DNA of 64,000 bases, from assembly GCA_951406725.2 (NCBI GenBank), contig OX597825.1:18290001-18354000 (forward strand), read 5' to 3'. This DNA is from Octopus vulgaris. Its lineage: Eukaryota. A model generated the notes under the pieces. It was not told the origin of the DNA. It searched no databases and saw only the letters and a list, made by a program, of their open reading frames with translations. How positions within the stretch are numbered: position 1 is the first letter of the stretch; every line of letters starts with the position of its first letter. Positions 28,933 to 43,730 of this stretch are shown here, in pieces. The position numbers and the translations under genes are program-made.

Positions 28933-29021
<89 letters not shown>

Positions 29022-29596
29022 TCAGGCAGGCTTATACACACGAACGAACACAAAAACAAACACACACACATGCATATACGACGAGCTTCTCGCAGTTACT
29101 GCCAAACAAATCCACTCACAGGAATTGGATGTCCCAAGTTATATTGAAAGATATTTGCCCGTGGAGTTGCACCGTGGCAATGAACCCAGGATCACATTGT
29201 TGAGAAGCAATATTTTTTTACCACACTGCCATATTGTAAAGAATCCAAATGGTTGAAACTTGATGTACATTTCTCAGAAGAAAACCACACGTGTTTCACC
29301 CAACACTGATTCCTGTTAAAATTTCAATAAATGAGTCAAATTCTCTAAATTTATCTATCCCAAATAACTAAATTTTGCTCTGTTATCATCAACCTGAAAA
29401 TGTTATTGACTCTCCTGCCTATATTATTTCTGTTAAACATGAATTTAAAACAGTAAGGCCTTAAGAAACGATTTGTTCGACTGAAGCACTTCAAGCCGGT
29501 GCTACAGTATGATCATAGTCCAATGACGAAAGCAAGTAAAAGATGAACGATAACTGTAGTCTTCACCTAAATTTCACCAAGGATCAAAGTATCAAA

Positions 29597-29921
29597 CGCG
29601 CGCGCGCACGATCGGAACCACACACGCACGCGCTCACACACATGCATGCACGCATACACATACACACACACACTCACGCACGGACGCAAGCACTCACACA
29701 GACGCACACACGCACATACTCACGCACACACGCACACACACACACACGCACTCACGCACGCAAATACACTCACACGCACACACATGCACGTACGTATACG
29801 CACACACACACACTTACATTCATGCATGCACACACACGCACGCACCCACACACGCAAACACATACACACACGCATGCACGTACGCACACGCACACGCACA
29901 CACGCACACACACACACTCAC
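29597..29921 (+). repeat. Cryptic (CA)/(CG) alternating purine-pyrimidine tract
   Basis: Read directly. Confidence 0.9.
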
Positions 29922-30649
29922 ATGGAGGTTCGCAATTCTGATCATCTCACGATTGCTTTCTCTCAGATTTCTTGCTGATATGACAAGTATCCTAACATGC
30001 CCTTCCCTCTCTGCAGCTAAGCCTTACTTCATATCCCTCCCTTCTTAACTCCACTTCATAATTTTAAGATCTTCTTTAGTGGTCTCCATTGGTGTTATGA
30101 AGTCAGCTCCTCCTCCTCCTTCTCCTCTATCCCCATACACATTTATAATTAAACATACAAAATCTCCCAACACGCAGCGAACAAGTTGCTCCAAGGCGGA
30201 ACATATGTTACGATCAAATATTATACGCGACTGTTTGTGTATGCGTCTACGTTAAATGAAACGAACGGCAGAATTAATGAAAGTGCTAAGCACAATAGTA
30301 AAGTATTTACACTGATCCAGTGATTTGCTACTCGGGTGTTTTACTGACGAGCTTTCTTTCTTCTCTGTTTTCCTTCTTTCCTTTCCTTTTTTTTTTTTGC
30401 ATTTTTGGCTTTTCATTATTTTCGAATAATGGCGTACGGTCAACCTGGTACTTTTTTAAGGATTCAGTCAATAAATTCGTCCCCCAAACACTTGACGCTT
30501 GATACTTATCATTACGATTATTTTTTTTTTTTTTACCAAACCACTCGTTTAAGGGGACACTAACAAATCCCATCCAGGAGTCAAACAGTAAGACAGAAGT
30601 ACAAATTTACCCACACACACGCGCATACAAACACACACACAAATGCATA

Positions 30650-30737
<88 letters not shown>

Positions 30738-31077
30738 GTACCAATTTAACTTGTATTTGTGTAGATATTCAAATATTTTTGCGCATGTAGTATAAAACAT
30801 TCCTGTAATTTCTAAAATTAATTAAACTGATTTAATTACTGCTTTATAGGATTTTTTGTAAATTATAGAATAACATTCTTTGGAACTTTCGAAATATTCT
30901 AGGATTCAGGGATTTTTCTATGTAGTCGTATAAATTCAGCCGACATATTATACCATGTTAAATTTATCAATTGTCGAATACTAAGCCAAAAAAAACAGCA
31001 AACAATAACACAAATAAACGTTAATTTTTTTGAAAATTTTTTTTCCTTTAAAATTAAAAGGAATTTATGTTAAAAAG

Positions 31078-31307
31078 ATTTCTTTACTACCCACAAGGGG
31101 CTAAACACAAAGAAGATAAACAAGGACAGACAAACGGATTAAGTTGATTATATCGACCCCAGCATACAACTGGTACTTATTTAATCGACCCCGAAAGGAT
31201 GAAAGGCAAAGTCGACCTTGGTGGAATTTGAACTCAGAACGTAACGGCAGATGAAATACGACTACGCATTTCGCCCGGCGTGCTAACGATTCTGCCAGCT
31301 CGCCGCT
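31078..31307 (-). mobile_element. SINE family B, full-length monomer
   Basis: Reverse complement of 2004-2236. Confidence 0.9.
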
Positions 31308-31309
31308 TT

Positions 31310-31935
31310 ATATACCATCGCTAAAGAAGCACATCATATTTACAATGCTTGGGCCATATTACTGAGTGAAACGAACGGCACTTCAGTATATATAAAGATC
31401 TCAATATTTAATGTACTGTTAAAGTGACAGATGACAAATTTGATAAACGTTACTCTTTTAAAGGGTATTTAAGGCTGACTTTTTTTTTCCTTCCAAATGG
31501 CTCAAAACATCACCCTGGAATCCTATATGCGACGTTTTATCTTTTGAAAATTTCTTATTTTGCTTTGCAGTTGAAAGGAATTACCGTTAAATTGGTTTAC
31601 CTATACAGCATCTCTAAACAAACACGTCATATTTACAATGCTTGGCCGACATTATTGAGTGAAAGGAACGATACTTAAGTGTATATATATATATATATAT
31701 ATATAAAGATCTCTTTTCTGTATAATTTATTGTTTCATGAAACTATAAAATGAAAGAAGATAAGACAAAAAGGTTTGAAGTAAAAGCAACACGGCAAAAA
31801 AAACAAACAAAAGAAGGTACATAGAACGGTAAATCTCATAAACGTTACTGTTATTGATGGTATTCAACACTGACGTTTTTTCCCTTCTAAATGTCTCAAA
31901 ATATCAGCCTGGAATTCTATGTGCGACGTTTGGCC
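31310..31935 (+). repeat. Old diverged local tandem duplication
   Basis: catatttacaatgcttgg..gagtgaaa..aaagatctc at ~31336 and ~31628; ctcaaaa.atca.cctggaat.ctat.tgcgacgttt at ~31501 and ~31895. Confidence 0.75.
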
Positions 31936-32159
31936 ACACGTAAGCGAATTTTATCATCAACGCTCAAGCTTCCCTGAATACGTACTGCTGAAACTGAGGT
32001 ACGTTTCTTTTATGCCAGCAGATACAGTAAATTGAAATTATTGCACGGATACCATATTTCCTGACATTACGGATTCTGACGAAAGTACACTTCCGAAATA
32101 GGAGAGTGACACCTTAGTATACATACATACATACATACATACATTATATATATATATAT

Positions 32160-32512
32160 CAGTCCCACTGCGTGGCACCTTGGGCAAGTGTCTTCTACTA
32201 TAGCCTCGTCGGGCCGACCAAAGCCTTGTGAGTGGATTCGGTAGACGGAAACTGAAAGAAGCCCGTCGTATATATGTATATATATATATATATATATGTG
32301 TATGTATGTGTTTGTGTGTCTGTGTTTGTCCCCCCAATATCGCTTGACAACCGATGCTGGTGTGTTTACGTCCCTGTAACTTAGTGGTTCGGCAAAAGAT
32401 ACCGATAGAATAAGTACTAGGCTTACAAAGAATAAGTTCTGGGGTCGATTTGCTCGACTAAAGGCGGTGCTCCTGCATGGCCACAGTCAAATGACTGAAA
32501 CAAATAAAAAAT
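32160..32512 (+). mobile_element. SINE family A, 5'-truncated
   Basis: Collinear with the full copies. Confidence 0.9.
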
Positions 32513-32513
32513 A

Positions 32514-32566
<53 letters not shown>

Positions 32567-32567
<1 letters not shown>

Positions 32568-32772
32568 CGGGAAAGTTTACGAAAATAAACAAAAGACGAA
32601 GGCAGGTGGAGTACAAACAAACAAATGTATTAGTATAGCGCTCAGGAATAGAAATAGAACAAGACTTTTACGTTTCGAGCCTACGCTCTTCGACAGAAAG
32701 ATACACAGAAAAAACAAGGAGAGAAACAAGGAGAGAAAAAAATGCGTGTAGGAGCTAACAATCTATCATGGC
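32567..32772 (-). mobile_element. Family D repeat, copy 3 (hammerhead-like motif at 32665-32700)
   Basis: Minus strand CTTT-CTGTCGA-A-GAGC(GTAG)GCTC-GAAAC-GTA-AAAG; inserted in (TA)n. Confidence 0.75.
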
Positions 32773-33352
32773 ATATATATATGGTAGGTGAGAGTAGAAT
32801 GGAGTAAGTTTTATTGCATGCTTGACGTTGAGAGAAAAATTACTTTTTCACAAACGTTCACTATCTTACAAAAACTGTATAAGTTAAGCTAATGACCTCT
32901 AAATGTATTAAAAAACACTATCACATATTTTTAACACTATTTCACAAAATTATCGTTCTCTTTGGGCATATAAATGACAAGTGCAATATAAGCTAAATTT
33001 GCTTCCTCAGTTCTTTAGAATTATTTTCGCTAAGACTCGTACATATCAATATCTCACCTTAGACATTTAGAACGATCAGACTTGCAATAAAAATTTTATG
33101 TATTTAGGTCAAACGAAAGACGATCGTGGAAAAATGGCACAGAATGAAATTAATGAAAATCGACTAAATCTGAAAACTCAACATAAGGTATTATCTATAG
33201 CTTCTTCTTGATCTGCTGTAGTGGCTCCCTTCATGATACATTTTACCCATTTTAGACTTTCGTGTGTGAAAAATTGACCTTTAATCCGATAGAGAAAACA
33301 ACACTGATTGTCAAACACCAAAAGTTATCCAGATATTTCAGTAGCAACCTCA

Positions 33353-33758
33353 GGAGGCGCAATGGCCCAATGGTTAGTGCAGCGGACTCGCGGTCGGAGG
33401 ATCCCGGTTTCGATTCCCAGACCGAGCATTGTGTGTGTTTATTGAGCGAAAACACCTAAAGCTCCACGAGGCTCCGGCAGGGGGTGATGGCAACCCCTTT
33501 TGTACTCTTTCGCTCCAAATTCCTTCACTCTTTCTTCTTGTTTCTCGTCCCCGACTTCCTACGCAACTGCTGAGCCTGGATGCGAATTCATCCATCCGTC
33601 GATGCTCTCGGTGTCAGGGTTTGACCTGCTTTTTCTTCTGCGGTTCTTACGAATAGCAAAGGACCACGTTTCGGACTTCTGTCATCTTGCGAACTCTGGG
33701 ACGAAGACCGTTCGCTCAACAGCAACAGTTCGCTCAACAGCAACAGTTCGCTCATCAG
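33353..33758 (+). mobile_element. SINE family C variant with triplicated 18-nt 3' end and 14-bp TSD
   Basis: Head ggaggcgcaatggcccaatggttag..gtttcgattccc; (gttcgctcaacagcaaca) about 3 times; cagtagcaacctca at 33339-33352 and 33759-33772. Confidence 0.85.
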
Positions 33759-34484
33759 CAGTAGCAACCTCAATTACAATTAAGGATAAATATCTTGAAA
33801 CAACAGTTACTGTCACCTCACCATGTTTCAAACTCATTCAACTGCAAGAACTATGCTGACCAATTTTTTACTCCTAAGTATGATGCATCAGTACAAAATT
33901 ATAGTGCAATACTTGCACTGTAATGGTTTAAACAGGTAGAGTAAAATTAACGAGAAACGGGGAATTACTTATTTTGCCCCACTTACCAATTTTGCCACAC
34001 ACACCCCCTATACATGTGATTCCAGTTACACCTTCAAATATAGATTTGTAAATCACGTGTCAGCCTTCATTTTGTACGTCGGTGAGAACAACATAAAATT
34101 TATTTCCAGCGCTTCCTTATTTCATAGAATGCTATAATGCAAGTTCTTTACTTTTTTCCAATTTTTAAATATATTTATATTTTTTCCCACATTTTAAATT
34201 ATTTCTTTCTTTTTTGCTAATACAGCAAAATCAAGTTAATTTAGTTTCATTCGACCGTTCATATTAAGAAATAGTTCATCTTCATAGAAATTCTGCAGGG
34301 GATGTTTTTTAATGTTTTATTATATTATATATTAGTTGAGTTTGTTTCCTTTGTCTCTTTTGATTTCGCTTTTCTTTCTTTTTTTTTTTTTTGGCAAACT
34401 CTCTAAAGCTTCAAAAATTATATATATATATATATATATATACATACCATATTTTCATTCATTCTATTTTTCCTTCTCTTTCTG

Positions 34485-34515
<31 letters not shown>

Positions 34516-34804
34516 AACGCACTCTCTTTTTCTCTGAATGTATGTGCGTATATGTAGTATTCAATATTGCCTTTTCGCGTTGCGTTAATTCGGATTTTAT
34601 ATGCTGTTAAGAGCGTATAATATGCGCTGTCAAATGAAAAGCTTTCGGGGAAACAAAACATGATATAGAATATCCATTTCCTAGTTGCCTTTTTAACGGC
34701 CAATTACTTATATGTCTGAGCCTTTTAAAGGGGTGTACATGCTATGGAGTACATTTTAAATCATTCCCTGCCGGCAATAACAAAAAATAGATAAATAATT
34801 AAAA

Positions 34805-34959
34805 TCGTGGATGCGTGGTTCAGAAGCTTGCTTCCAAACCATCTGGTATTGGAAGCTGTTTCACCGTATAGCTCTTTTAGCTAGTGTCTTCTATTAAGTA
34901 CCAGGGCTGACCAAAATCTTGTGAGTGGACTTAGAAGATGAAAAGCCTACCGTGTGTGT

Positions 34960-35022
<63 letters not shown>

Positions 35023-35270
35023 TGTGTAGATACAAATATATACACTCACACGTTGTGCTTGTGTTCCACCACCGCCTGACAACAGGTGTTGGTTTGTTTA
35101 AATCCCCCTAATTTGTGGCTCAGCGAAAGCGACGGATTAAAGAGAAAAAGATATTCCAAGCTCTTAAAAACAAATACTGGTGTCGATCTGTTTAACTAAA
35201 ACCATTCAGAGAGGTGCTCCAGTATGGACGCAGTCTCAGCCTGACACAAATAGAAGAAAAAGATAAAACA
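34805..35270 (+). mobile_element. Degenerate SINE family A
   Basis: Diverged but collinear blocks; another partial copy at 35925-36150. Confidence 0.65.
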
Positions 35271-35886
35271 GTAAATGTATCAGTTGCCTTGATTTCTCTC
35301 ATCCGCCAACATCGTTTGTAGCAAAACGCTGACTTGCAGCTGTTTTAAGCTGATAACGAAAGACTCCACTGAAATCTCGCTAATGAAGGTCACGTTTAGA
35401 AAGCCGAACATCCAAGTTATAAACACTTCTCTATAAAACATATTCTTCTCAAACACGAAGCCAATAATTTTAGTTCGAAGCATTTCACCTTATTTAATCA
35501 TTAAAATTACGTGCCTGCTTTATTAAATTTTGCAATATTAAATTTAATTTTTTATTTTCTTTATTTCGCAAATCATATTTACTTTCCTTTTTTTTCGTTG
35601 TTTCTTTTCTGATCTGAAATAATTGTTGCTCTCGTAACTAAGTTTCACTTTTACTGACTTTTCCTCGGCTCATGATAAATTAACTTCATTATTTTTTTTT
35701 CTCTTTCTTCTCTCAAGCCTTTCTTTTCGCTCAGGCTGCTTGCAGTTATTTCAATGAAGATATTTATCTATATCATGTCAGATGTTATGAAAGACTTTTA
35801 TCATATAGACAATATTATATTAGTCCCAGTAGGCCAGCTTCAACTTGTTAGAAATATATGTGTTTATAGGTGATAATTGAAAAATA

Positions 35887-35923
<37 letters not shown>

Positions 35924-36619
35924 TGTCTGGCACCTTGGGCTAGTGTTTTCTGCCATAGCATCGGGCGAAATAAAACCTTGTGATTCGATTTGATAGACGG
36001 AAACTAAAAGAAGCCCGAGGTACGTATATATGTATGCATCTATGTGCGTGTGTCTTTGGGTCTGTGTTTGTCACTTAATCACCGCACGGCAACCGGTGTT
36101 GGTGTGTTTACGTCCCCGTAACATAGCGCTTCGGCAAAACAGACGGTAGCTGGCGGTATTAAGCCTTCACGAGATGGTGAGACTGATCCTTAAAAGTGAC
36201 ATCCGTTGCAAACTCCCTTCTTTAAAATTGCCAATAATGTGCTAAAATAAAAATCTACTACTACTACTACTACCACCAGTACTGATGAGGATGCTGATGC
36301 TGATAATAATAATAATAATAATGATATTAATAATAATATTAATAATGATAATAATAATAATGTTATAACGAAGTAGTATTAAACCTAAATTTAATAAATT
36401 AAATGGTAATTCAGAAGAACTTGTATCCTTATTTAGCACTTCTCGATGATACACATAAGACAGTGATATAGAACAGTAATATTATGAATTGTGTGTTCCT
36501 CTTTCTCAAATCACCCGTTGGCGCATTAACCATTCAGAAATGTATTTTTGCTTGAGAAAATACTCTTTTCATTAAATGCTTCTGATGGAAGAAGCAGTGA
36601 GGATGTGCACATCTCCCTC

Positions 36620-36746
36620 GCAAACCTTCCCAGACGGGAGCTGTAAGAAATACACGAGATGGGAGGAAATTCCAGAGATTTGGCTGCCTAGGAAGTATGG
36701 AGTGGTTGTTAAATGTGTCAATGTCTGACCTTTGTACACTGAGCAC
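36620..36746 (-). pseudogene. Remnant of a CR1/L2/Jockey-type LINE ORF2 C-terminus
   Basis: Translation HSILPRQPNLWNFLPSRVF resembles the SF.PR...LWN.LP..VF terminal motif. Confidence 0.5.
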
Positions 36747-36883
36747 ATCCTGATTGTGTACATTTTCGAAGAAAATCCGGGTACGTTCTGCACAATTTTA
36801 CTTCAATAAATGTAATTGGCTGCGCAGGCTTTTTGGCAACAAATTTTATTTATTTTATTTTGCTTAGATGTCGAAGTGTCACG

Positions 36884-37046
36884 CGTAGGAGTGGCTGTGT
36901 GGTAAGGAGCTTGCTTACCAACCACATGGTTCCGGGTTCAGTACCACTGCGTACCACCTTGGGCAAGTGTATTCTACTATAGCCTCGGGCCGACCAAAGC
37001 CTTGTGAGTGGATTTGGTAGACATGTAAACTGAAAGAAGCCCGCCG

Positions 37047-37078
<32 letters not shown>

Positions 37079-37299
37079 AGTGTGTGTGTTTTGTGTGTCT
37101 GTGTTTGTCCCCCCAATCGCTTCACAACCGATGCTGGTGTGTTTACGTCCCCGTAACCTAGCGGTTCGGCATAATGAGAACCAATAGAATAAGTACTAGG
37201 TTTACAAAGAATAAGTCCTGGGGTGATTTCCTCGACTAAAGGCGCTGCTCCAGCATGGCCGCTGTCAAATAACTGAAACAAGTAAAAGAGTAAAGAGAG
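36884..37299 (+). mobile_element. SINE family A, full length
   Basis: Collinear from head to the gtaaaagagtaaagag tail. Confidence 0.9.
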
Positions 37300-38434
37300 C
37301 GTATCTAAGTTAACGAAAGACTGTCACTACATTCGTAAGGACACAGGGTAAGTATCACGATCCTCTACCGTTGCACGGCTGTGTTATTGATTGTTATAAA
37401 GCATGTTAAGCGGAAGAAAGTAAAATATGCAAACCTGTTCTGATATTCAAACTATGGCAATGTTGTTGTTACCTACATTACGACGACGGTGCCTTGTATC
37501 TTTGTTTGAAACTACCGCCTTCATAACAGGAGTATTCCAAACAACTAAATACAGAAGAGAACATACCTACCTACCTACATACATACATACATACATACAT
37601 ACATACATACATACATTATTATGGCTGCCCCCTCGTTATCGAGTATGGCCATTGCACGAAGCTTAACTGTTACTGGTGCTGTCATCGAATGTGACTTTTT
37701 AGCCCAGCTAAAGATCTACAATGTCTTGTACAGAATTGGCAGCTAAAACATTTACCGGTAATAGCCGGATGTAGTTGTAACTGGGCTTCATGTACCTTTG
37801 CATACCGTTTAAGTCCTCCTGCTGAATTACACTCTCTTCCACATGCCCGACAGATATACATACATAATACTTACATACATACATTCTTATGTATACACAC
37901 ACACACTCACATACGAGTGCGTACATACGTGCACAATGTTTATATATACACATATATATACGCCTAGGTGAGACTTAAGCCAAACTATAGCGACATTATC
38001 GGCTTGTTAGCGGTAAGTTTAGCAACTCGAATATTACATTACAACACCCTTATTCGTATCAGATATTAAATGGGTATCGAATTCTCTTTAATATTCCTAT
38101 TTGTGATCTATTCGTAATTGCCTTTTCTTTTTTATTGTCTTTCATTTTTCCGGTTTTTCTTTTTTTTTTCTTTTTTTCGTCCTTTTCAAACACATTAATC
38201 AAACTAAGACACTGAAATCGAGATTTGTCCCCAGCAAAAACCAACATTGCTATTCTATTTGGTTAAACTATGATCGACCACAATTCCCATGATATCACAT
38301 CGCATTTCATCTCAGACATTCGGCGATTCAATCGCGGTTTGTTTATTAATTAAATGAATTGGGAACAGCCTTGTTGAGGAGAACTTTTAGACTTGCCCAC
38401 CAGGCTTTTAGCAAATTCTCAAATCGACAACCTA

Positions 38435-38493
<59 letters not shown>

Positions 38494-39133
38494 GTAAATA
38501 AATAAGTAAGTAAGTATTAAGTGAAAGCAAAATGGTTGTTTTATTTGGTACCAGGCCAAAATCTATGTAGATGACTTTGTGTGTGCATTTGTTTGTTTGA
38601 GATTATACGTAAATTCGATCAAACTGTCCTCAGGAAATTACAATAATGTATTTCAAAAATTTTTCGTCGGAGAGACGGTAGATCTTGAAATCAAGATCAT
38701 AAAACGTTGTACAAATATCTGATACAATAATTTACCTGGCTTTCCTTGGGCTCTGCACTAGTGATGTGTATCATAGACGGAGGTAGAGGTGGGGGTAGGA
38801 TGTCACAACATACAATAGGGGTATTTTAAACCTAGCAGACTCCATCCTATTTTAGGTCTGACTACAACCGATTTGGTCCACAAATATAAAGAGAAGAACT
38901 GACCCCAGAACAAGACTGAGATTTTTTTGTTTGTTTTTTTTTACTTTGAAGGAAAATATATTTGGTTCAGAAGTGGCTATGTGGTTAAGAAACTCGGTTT
39001 GAAATCACGTGATTTTGGATTCAAAAAGTCAACCGTATTGAAGTTCAACAAATGACAACATTATTAGATATTCTGAAATAGTAAATATTAAAAGGAAGAG
39101 TGAAATCATATTTTGCTCTTTAATTACGTATTT

Positions 39134-39361
39134 TTAAACCTTTAGCATTTAAACCGGCCATATCCAGCCCAATTATTGTACCAGTTTTATGTTCAGACCA
39201 GACAAATCTGGCCTCTCACACGTACCCTATAATGTCATTCTAAACATACACAATCACATCATCAAAGTCTTAAAGGTAAGAGACGACGAATTCTTAATTC
39301 AAAACAATATGAATAAATAAGCATTACATTTGACAAAGCAGTTTGAATGCTAAAGGGTCAA
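39134..39361. mobile_element. piggyBac-type MITE
   Basis: TTAA-aCCTTTAGCATTtAAAC (39134-39154) and GTTTgAATGCTAAAGGG-TcAA (39341-39361): 17-bp imperfect TIRs inside a TTAA-like TSD. Confidence 0.7.
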
Positions 39362-39504
39362 ATGCATTTCCGGCGTTCATAGTTGAAGCTTACATTTCTA
39401 TAATAAAGGCAAATGCTCAGCTTTCTGAAACGTGCAGTAAAATCTTCATTAAATCATACTCTTCTCTTTCGCTTTTTTCTTTAAACAAGCTAGCATTAAA
39501 TAAC

Positions 39505-40103
39505 CTTTACTGCTATAGACACAAGGCCTGAAATTTGGGAAGAGGGGATCCGTAATTATATCAACCCAGCGTTTCACTGGTATGCAATTTATTGACCCCG
39601 AAAAGGATGAAACGCAAAGTCGACCTCGGCGGAATTTGAACTCAGAGAGTAGTGACGTGCGAAATGCCGCTAAGCATTTCGTCCAGCGTGCTAACGATTC
39701 TTATTTCTTTACTGCACACAGAGAGGACAAACAAGAACAGACAGACGGATTAAGTCGATTATATCTACTCCAGTGTGTAACTGGTACTTATTTAATCGAC
39801 CCCGAAACGATGAAAGGCAAAGTCGAACTCGGTGGAATTTGAACTCAGAACATAAAGACAGACGATATACCTATTTCTTTACTATCCACAAGGGGCTAAA
39901 CGCAGAAAGGACAAACAAGGACAGACAAACGGATTAGGTTGATTATATCGATCCCAGTGCGTAACTGGTACTTGTTTAATCGACCCTGAAAGGATGAAAG
40001 GCAAATTCGATCTTGGCGACATTTGAACTCAGAACATAAAGACAGACGATATACCGCTAAGCATTTCGTCCAGCGTGCTAACGATTCTGCCAGCTCGCCG
40101 CCT
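39505..40103 (-). mobile_element. SINE family B head-to-tail trimer
   Basis: One head at 40103; internal restarts at junctions ~39871 and ~39701. Confidence 0.9.
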
Positions 40104-41478
40104 TCACCTTGCATTAAATAATGCTATCACCTGTTATTTCTAGAACAAATAGCAGGAGAGAAGCAACCTGACAGTTCACAGCAAGAGATTATGAGCTAAG
40201 AGAGTGTGAAAGAGAATGATTGACACATATAAAATATATGGTAGGAGTACAGATATTAATATACAAGTAGACACACGTGCGTGTATCTACTGATGCAAAA
40301 AGGTGCGAGGAAGGTAAACATTGACCTAGGGCTAAACAGCAGCATCAACTTTTCTATAATGTTATATGTAATTAACTGCTAACTGGACTGGGCTTTTGAG
40401 ATTCAAATACTTTGTCCGTAAAACTCAACACTGATTTTCCTTATTTGTAAGCAAGAGTTTTTTCTTCATGTATTTTAGCAAAATATTTCTTTATACACGC
40501 AGCCTTCTAACTGTCTGCGATTCTTAAGTAGCATCACTCTTAAGCAATTCTCAGTGGGATATTAAAATAAATATAACAATATCTTGTTATGCTAATAATT
40601 TTTTAAATGCCTTAGAAACAAAATGTCTAAGAAATAAGGAAATAGAAAGATTCCCCTAACGTACGTACAAACACGAACGCATACACACACACGTACATTA
40701 TCATTTCGTAAGTTGCACTACAGTAATCATATCAAGACATCTAGGAATTATTCATACGATATCATAACTGTCGATAACTGAATAAATATACAGTGGCAAT
40801 ATTAATGATTAGAGACATAAGCTGGTGGTGGGAATCGTCTGGAGGCGTGTGCGTGGGGGAAATATCTGAATAGATTAGATAGATTAGATAAACTATGTAT
40901 TTGTTAAACTAATATTCCTAGTTAGAAAGGAAAGCATCTAGATCATATCCAGCTCTGCTCTCTCTCCACAATAAAATCAACGTTGTTAGCTATCAATACA
41001 CCATTTTGCTTGAGGGTTGTTATAAGGAAATATTTTTCGATCTATTATTGATAGTTATCAAACACTTTTCTCGATAGTTCTAATGTTGTTCACGTCTATC
41101 AAGAATCGACGATTAACGGTGATTGATTTAACCAGTTATGTCAGGAGAACGTGTTGTACGGCCGTGATAAATGAAATTTCTAATCTAATCTATTTCGTTT
41201 ATAAAGAGATATGTTACACCATTAACTTTATTCGTTTATGTCTTTACGTTCTAAGATGGCGTGTTATGTCTTTAAGATTTTCGTTAGCGTGTTTTGACTA
41301 TCTTTAAGAATGTGTGTATACCGGCATAAAAACGTTAGGTTTCGAGCGACATGGCATCATTTGCTAAAACATTTGCGTTCAAATTTTACGAACGGCTAAT
41401 TTGCTTATGATCAGTCTAATAATTAGTTCCAAAACACACACACACACACACACACACACATCAATTTATTCTAACCAT

Positions 41479-41690
41479 AGGCGACGTGCTGACAAAATCG
41501 TTAGCCGGACAAAATCCTTGGCAGCATTTCATCCGGCCTTATGTTCTGAGTTCAGATTCCGTTGAGGTCGACTTTGCCTTTCTCCCTTTCGTGGTCCAGT
41601 GTTCCAATAATTCAGTACCAGTCAATAAGTACCTGAATCGATGTAATCGATAAGCCTTATCTTCCGAAACTTTTCGGCCTTTTACCTGTT
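41479..41690 (+). mobile_element. Diverged SINE family B
   Basis: gttctgagttcagattccgttgaggtcgactttgcctt; another diverged copy on minus at 42300-42550. Confidence 0.7.
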
Positions 41691-42121
41691 GTGGAAAGAA
41701 TTTATTCCAAGTTCAGTTTCTCCTCCAGAAATGGAAAAAGGAACTAAAGGTCCAAGCGTACCGAAACTTCAACATCCGATAAATTTACTGAAGTATATAT
41801 ATTTAATTATTTTTTCCTCGTCTGTTTGTATGTATGTATCATACACATACATAATTCTAGGATCTTAAATGAATACACATACACGCAAGCACGCACATAC
41901 ACACATACATAAACACGCAAAAAAAAAAAAAATATATATATATATGAATTTGTAAGGGGACCAGGAAGATATACGAGGACGGAAATGTCGCTGAAGGGGT
42001 CACAGATGTGTGACGATAGGTCTCCAGACATTGGACATCAGTTACAATAAGAACAATAATACACGAGTGAAGAATGAATATATAGTGCGTGTGTTTATTT
42101 GGCAAAAAGAAATGACCGGCC

Positions 42122-42157
<36 letters not shown>

Positions 42158-43131
42158 TATATTTCGGAATGGTAATCTCATGCATGATCCTGGAATTTGC
42201 AGCTCGACCTGAGCTCTACTAAAGAACACCTACATTGTGAGATCAATTTCGCAACTTCATGAATACTGAGAGGCGTTAACTACTTCATAATTCCTTATAT
42301 TATAGGCACACGTCCTGAAATTTTCGGGGAAATTTTAACCTCGTATATAGTACGCACTAGGGATTTTGAACTTTAAATTTTGGGGGAAAAAATGCGGATT
42401 ATACTCGAGGATATACGGTATTTTATGAACCCGAAAAGGATGAAAGGGAAAGTCGACCTCGGTGGTATTCGAACTCAGACCTTGAAGACGGACGTAATGC
42501 CGCTAAGCATTATGTTCGGCGTGCAAACGATTCATCCAGCACGTTGCCTTTTAACCAATCGTATATTACTGCATGTATGTAAACAGCTACACAGACGCAG
42601 GGAGAAGAGAGAGGGAGAAAGAGAGGGAACAAGAGAGAAGGACAGACAGACAGATAGACAAACTGAGGGGATGAGAGAAAGAAAAATATGAAAGACATAC
42701 GGAGTTTAGTAAATTTGGCAAATATGCAATCTCATTACGTCTCTCGCTTCTTCGTTTTCCTGTAATTCTTTCTTGATCTCTCTCACACGTCTCTACATCT
42801 CTGAATAAATACACGCATGTGTGTCTGTTTCTGTGTTAATGTCTTTCTTCCTAAGTATATTCAATATATGTCAATCATTCTCTCCTTTACACTGTCTTAA
42901 CACAGTTCTATCGCCGTGTGCTACACTCTGCTTATCTCTTCTCCTTTCCACCTGTCATCTCTTTCTCGGAAACTTATTCTTCGTCAGTTGCATATTTTCA
43001 CATAATATTAGCTTTTCGATCTTATGAATAAATACCCTCTTTCTCATACCTCCTCCTCCACCACTCTCTCTTTCTCTCTCTCTCTCTCTCTGTCTCTCTC
43101 TGTCTCTGTCTGTCTGTCTCTCTCTCCCTCC

Positions 43132-43174
<43 letters not shown>

Positions 43175-43730
43175 GCTGAGTTGTTTGACTTCACTCCATA
43201 ACTGCTTTTCACACTTCCATTCGTCAAGACACATTAATACCACAATCCTCTTCTCTCCCTCTCTCTCTGTCTCCCTCTCTGTCACTCTCTCCGTATCCCT
43301 CACTCACTTTCCCTCCCCTCCCGCCCTATCCCTATCCCTCCCTCCCCCTCTGCATATGATGCTATCTGCCTACAGGCAAGAGACAGGTTGTTATAGTTTT
43401 ATTTTCAAGCGGGATTTATCTAGGACTACATTCTCCCTTTCATCTTTTAAGAGAGGAGAGGTTAACTCGAAGAAGATGTGGTTAGTATTTCTTAGAGGAC
43501 GTGGCACTAACCATAATTGAATTAACTTTCCGTTACTGGACCAGAAATTCAGGAGGATATAATTTGCTTTAGTCTCCTCTCAAATACAGAAAATTAATTA
43601 GTTATTTATTTGCTGAACGCATGAGAGATTTCATTCAGACGATAAATAACCGTGTAAAAAAAAGTGATATTTTAATTCCAAAAGTTAACTTTTAACGTTA
43701 ACAGTGAACATGTTTTAGAATAAAATAACA

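Noticed and set aside
33955-34011. ttttgccccacttaccaattttgccacacacaccccta, resembling a pogo/Tc1 terminal repeat
   Set aside because: No matching opposite TIR found in the window
37708-37855. QQEDLNGMQRY resembling the LINE RT LQ.DL..L..W motif
   Set aside because: A single weak motif with no upstream YADD
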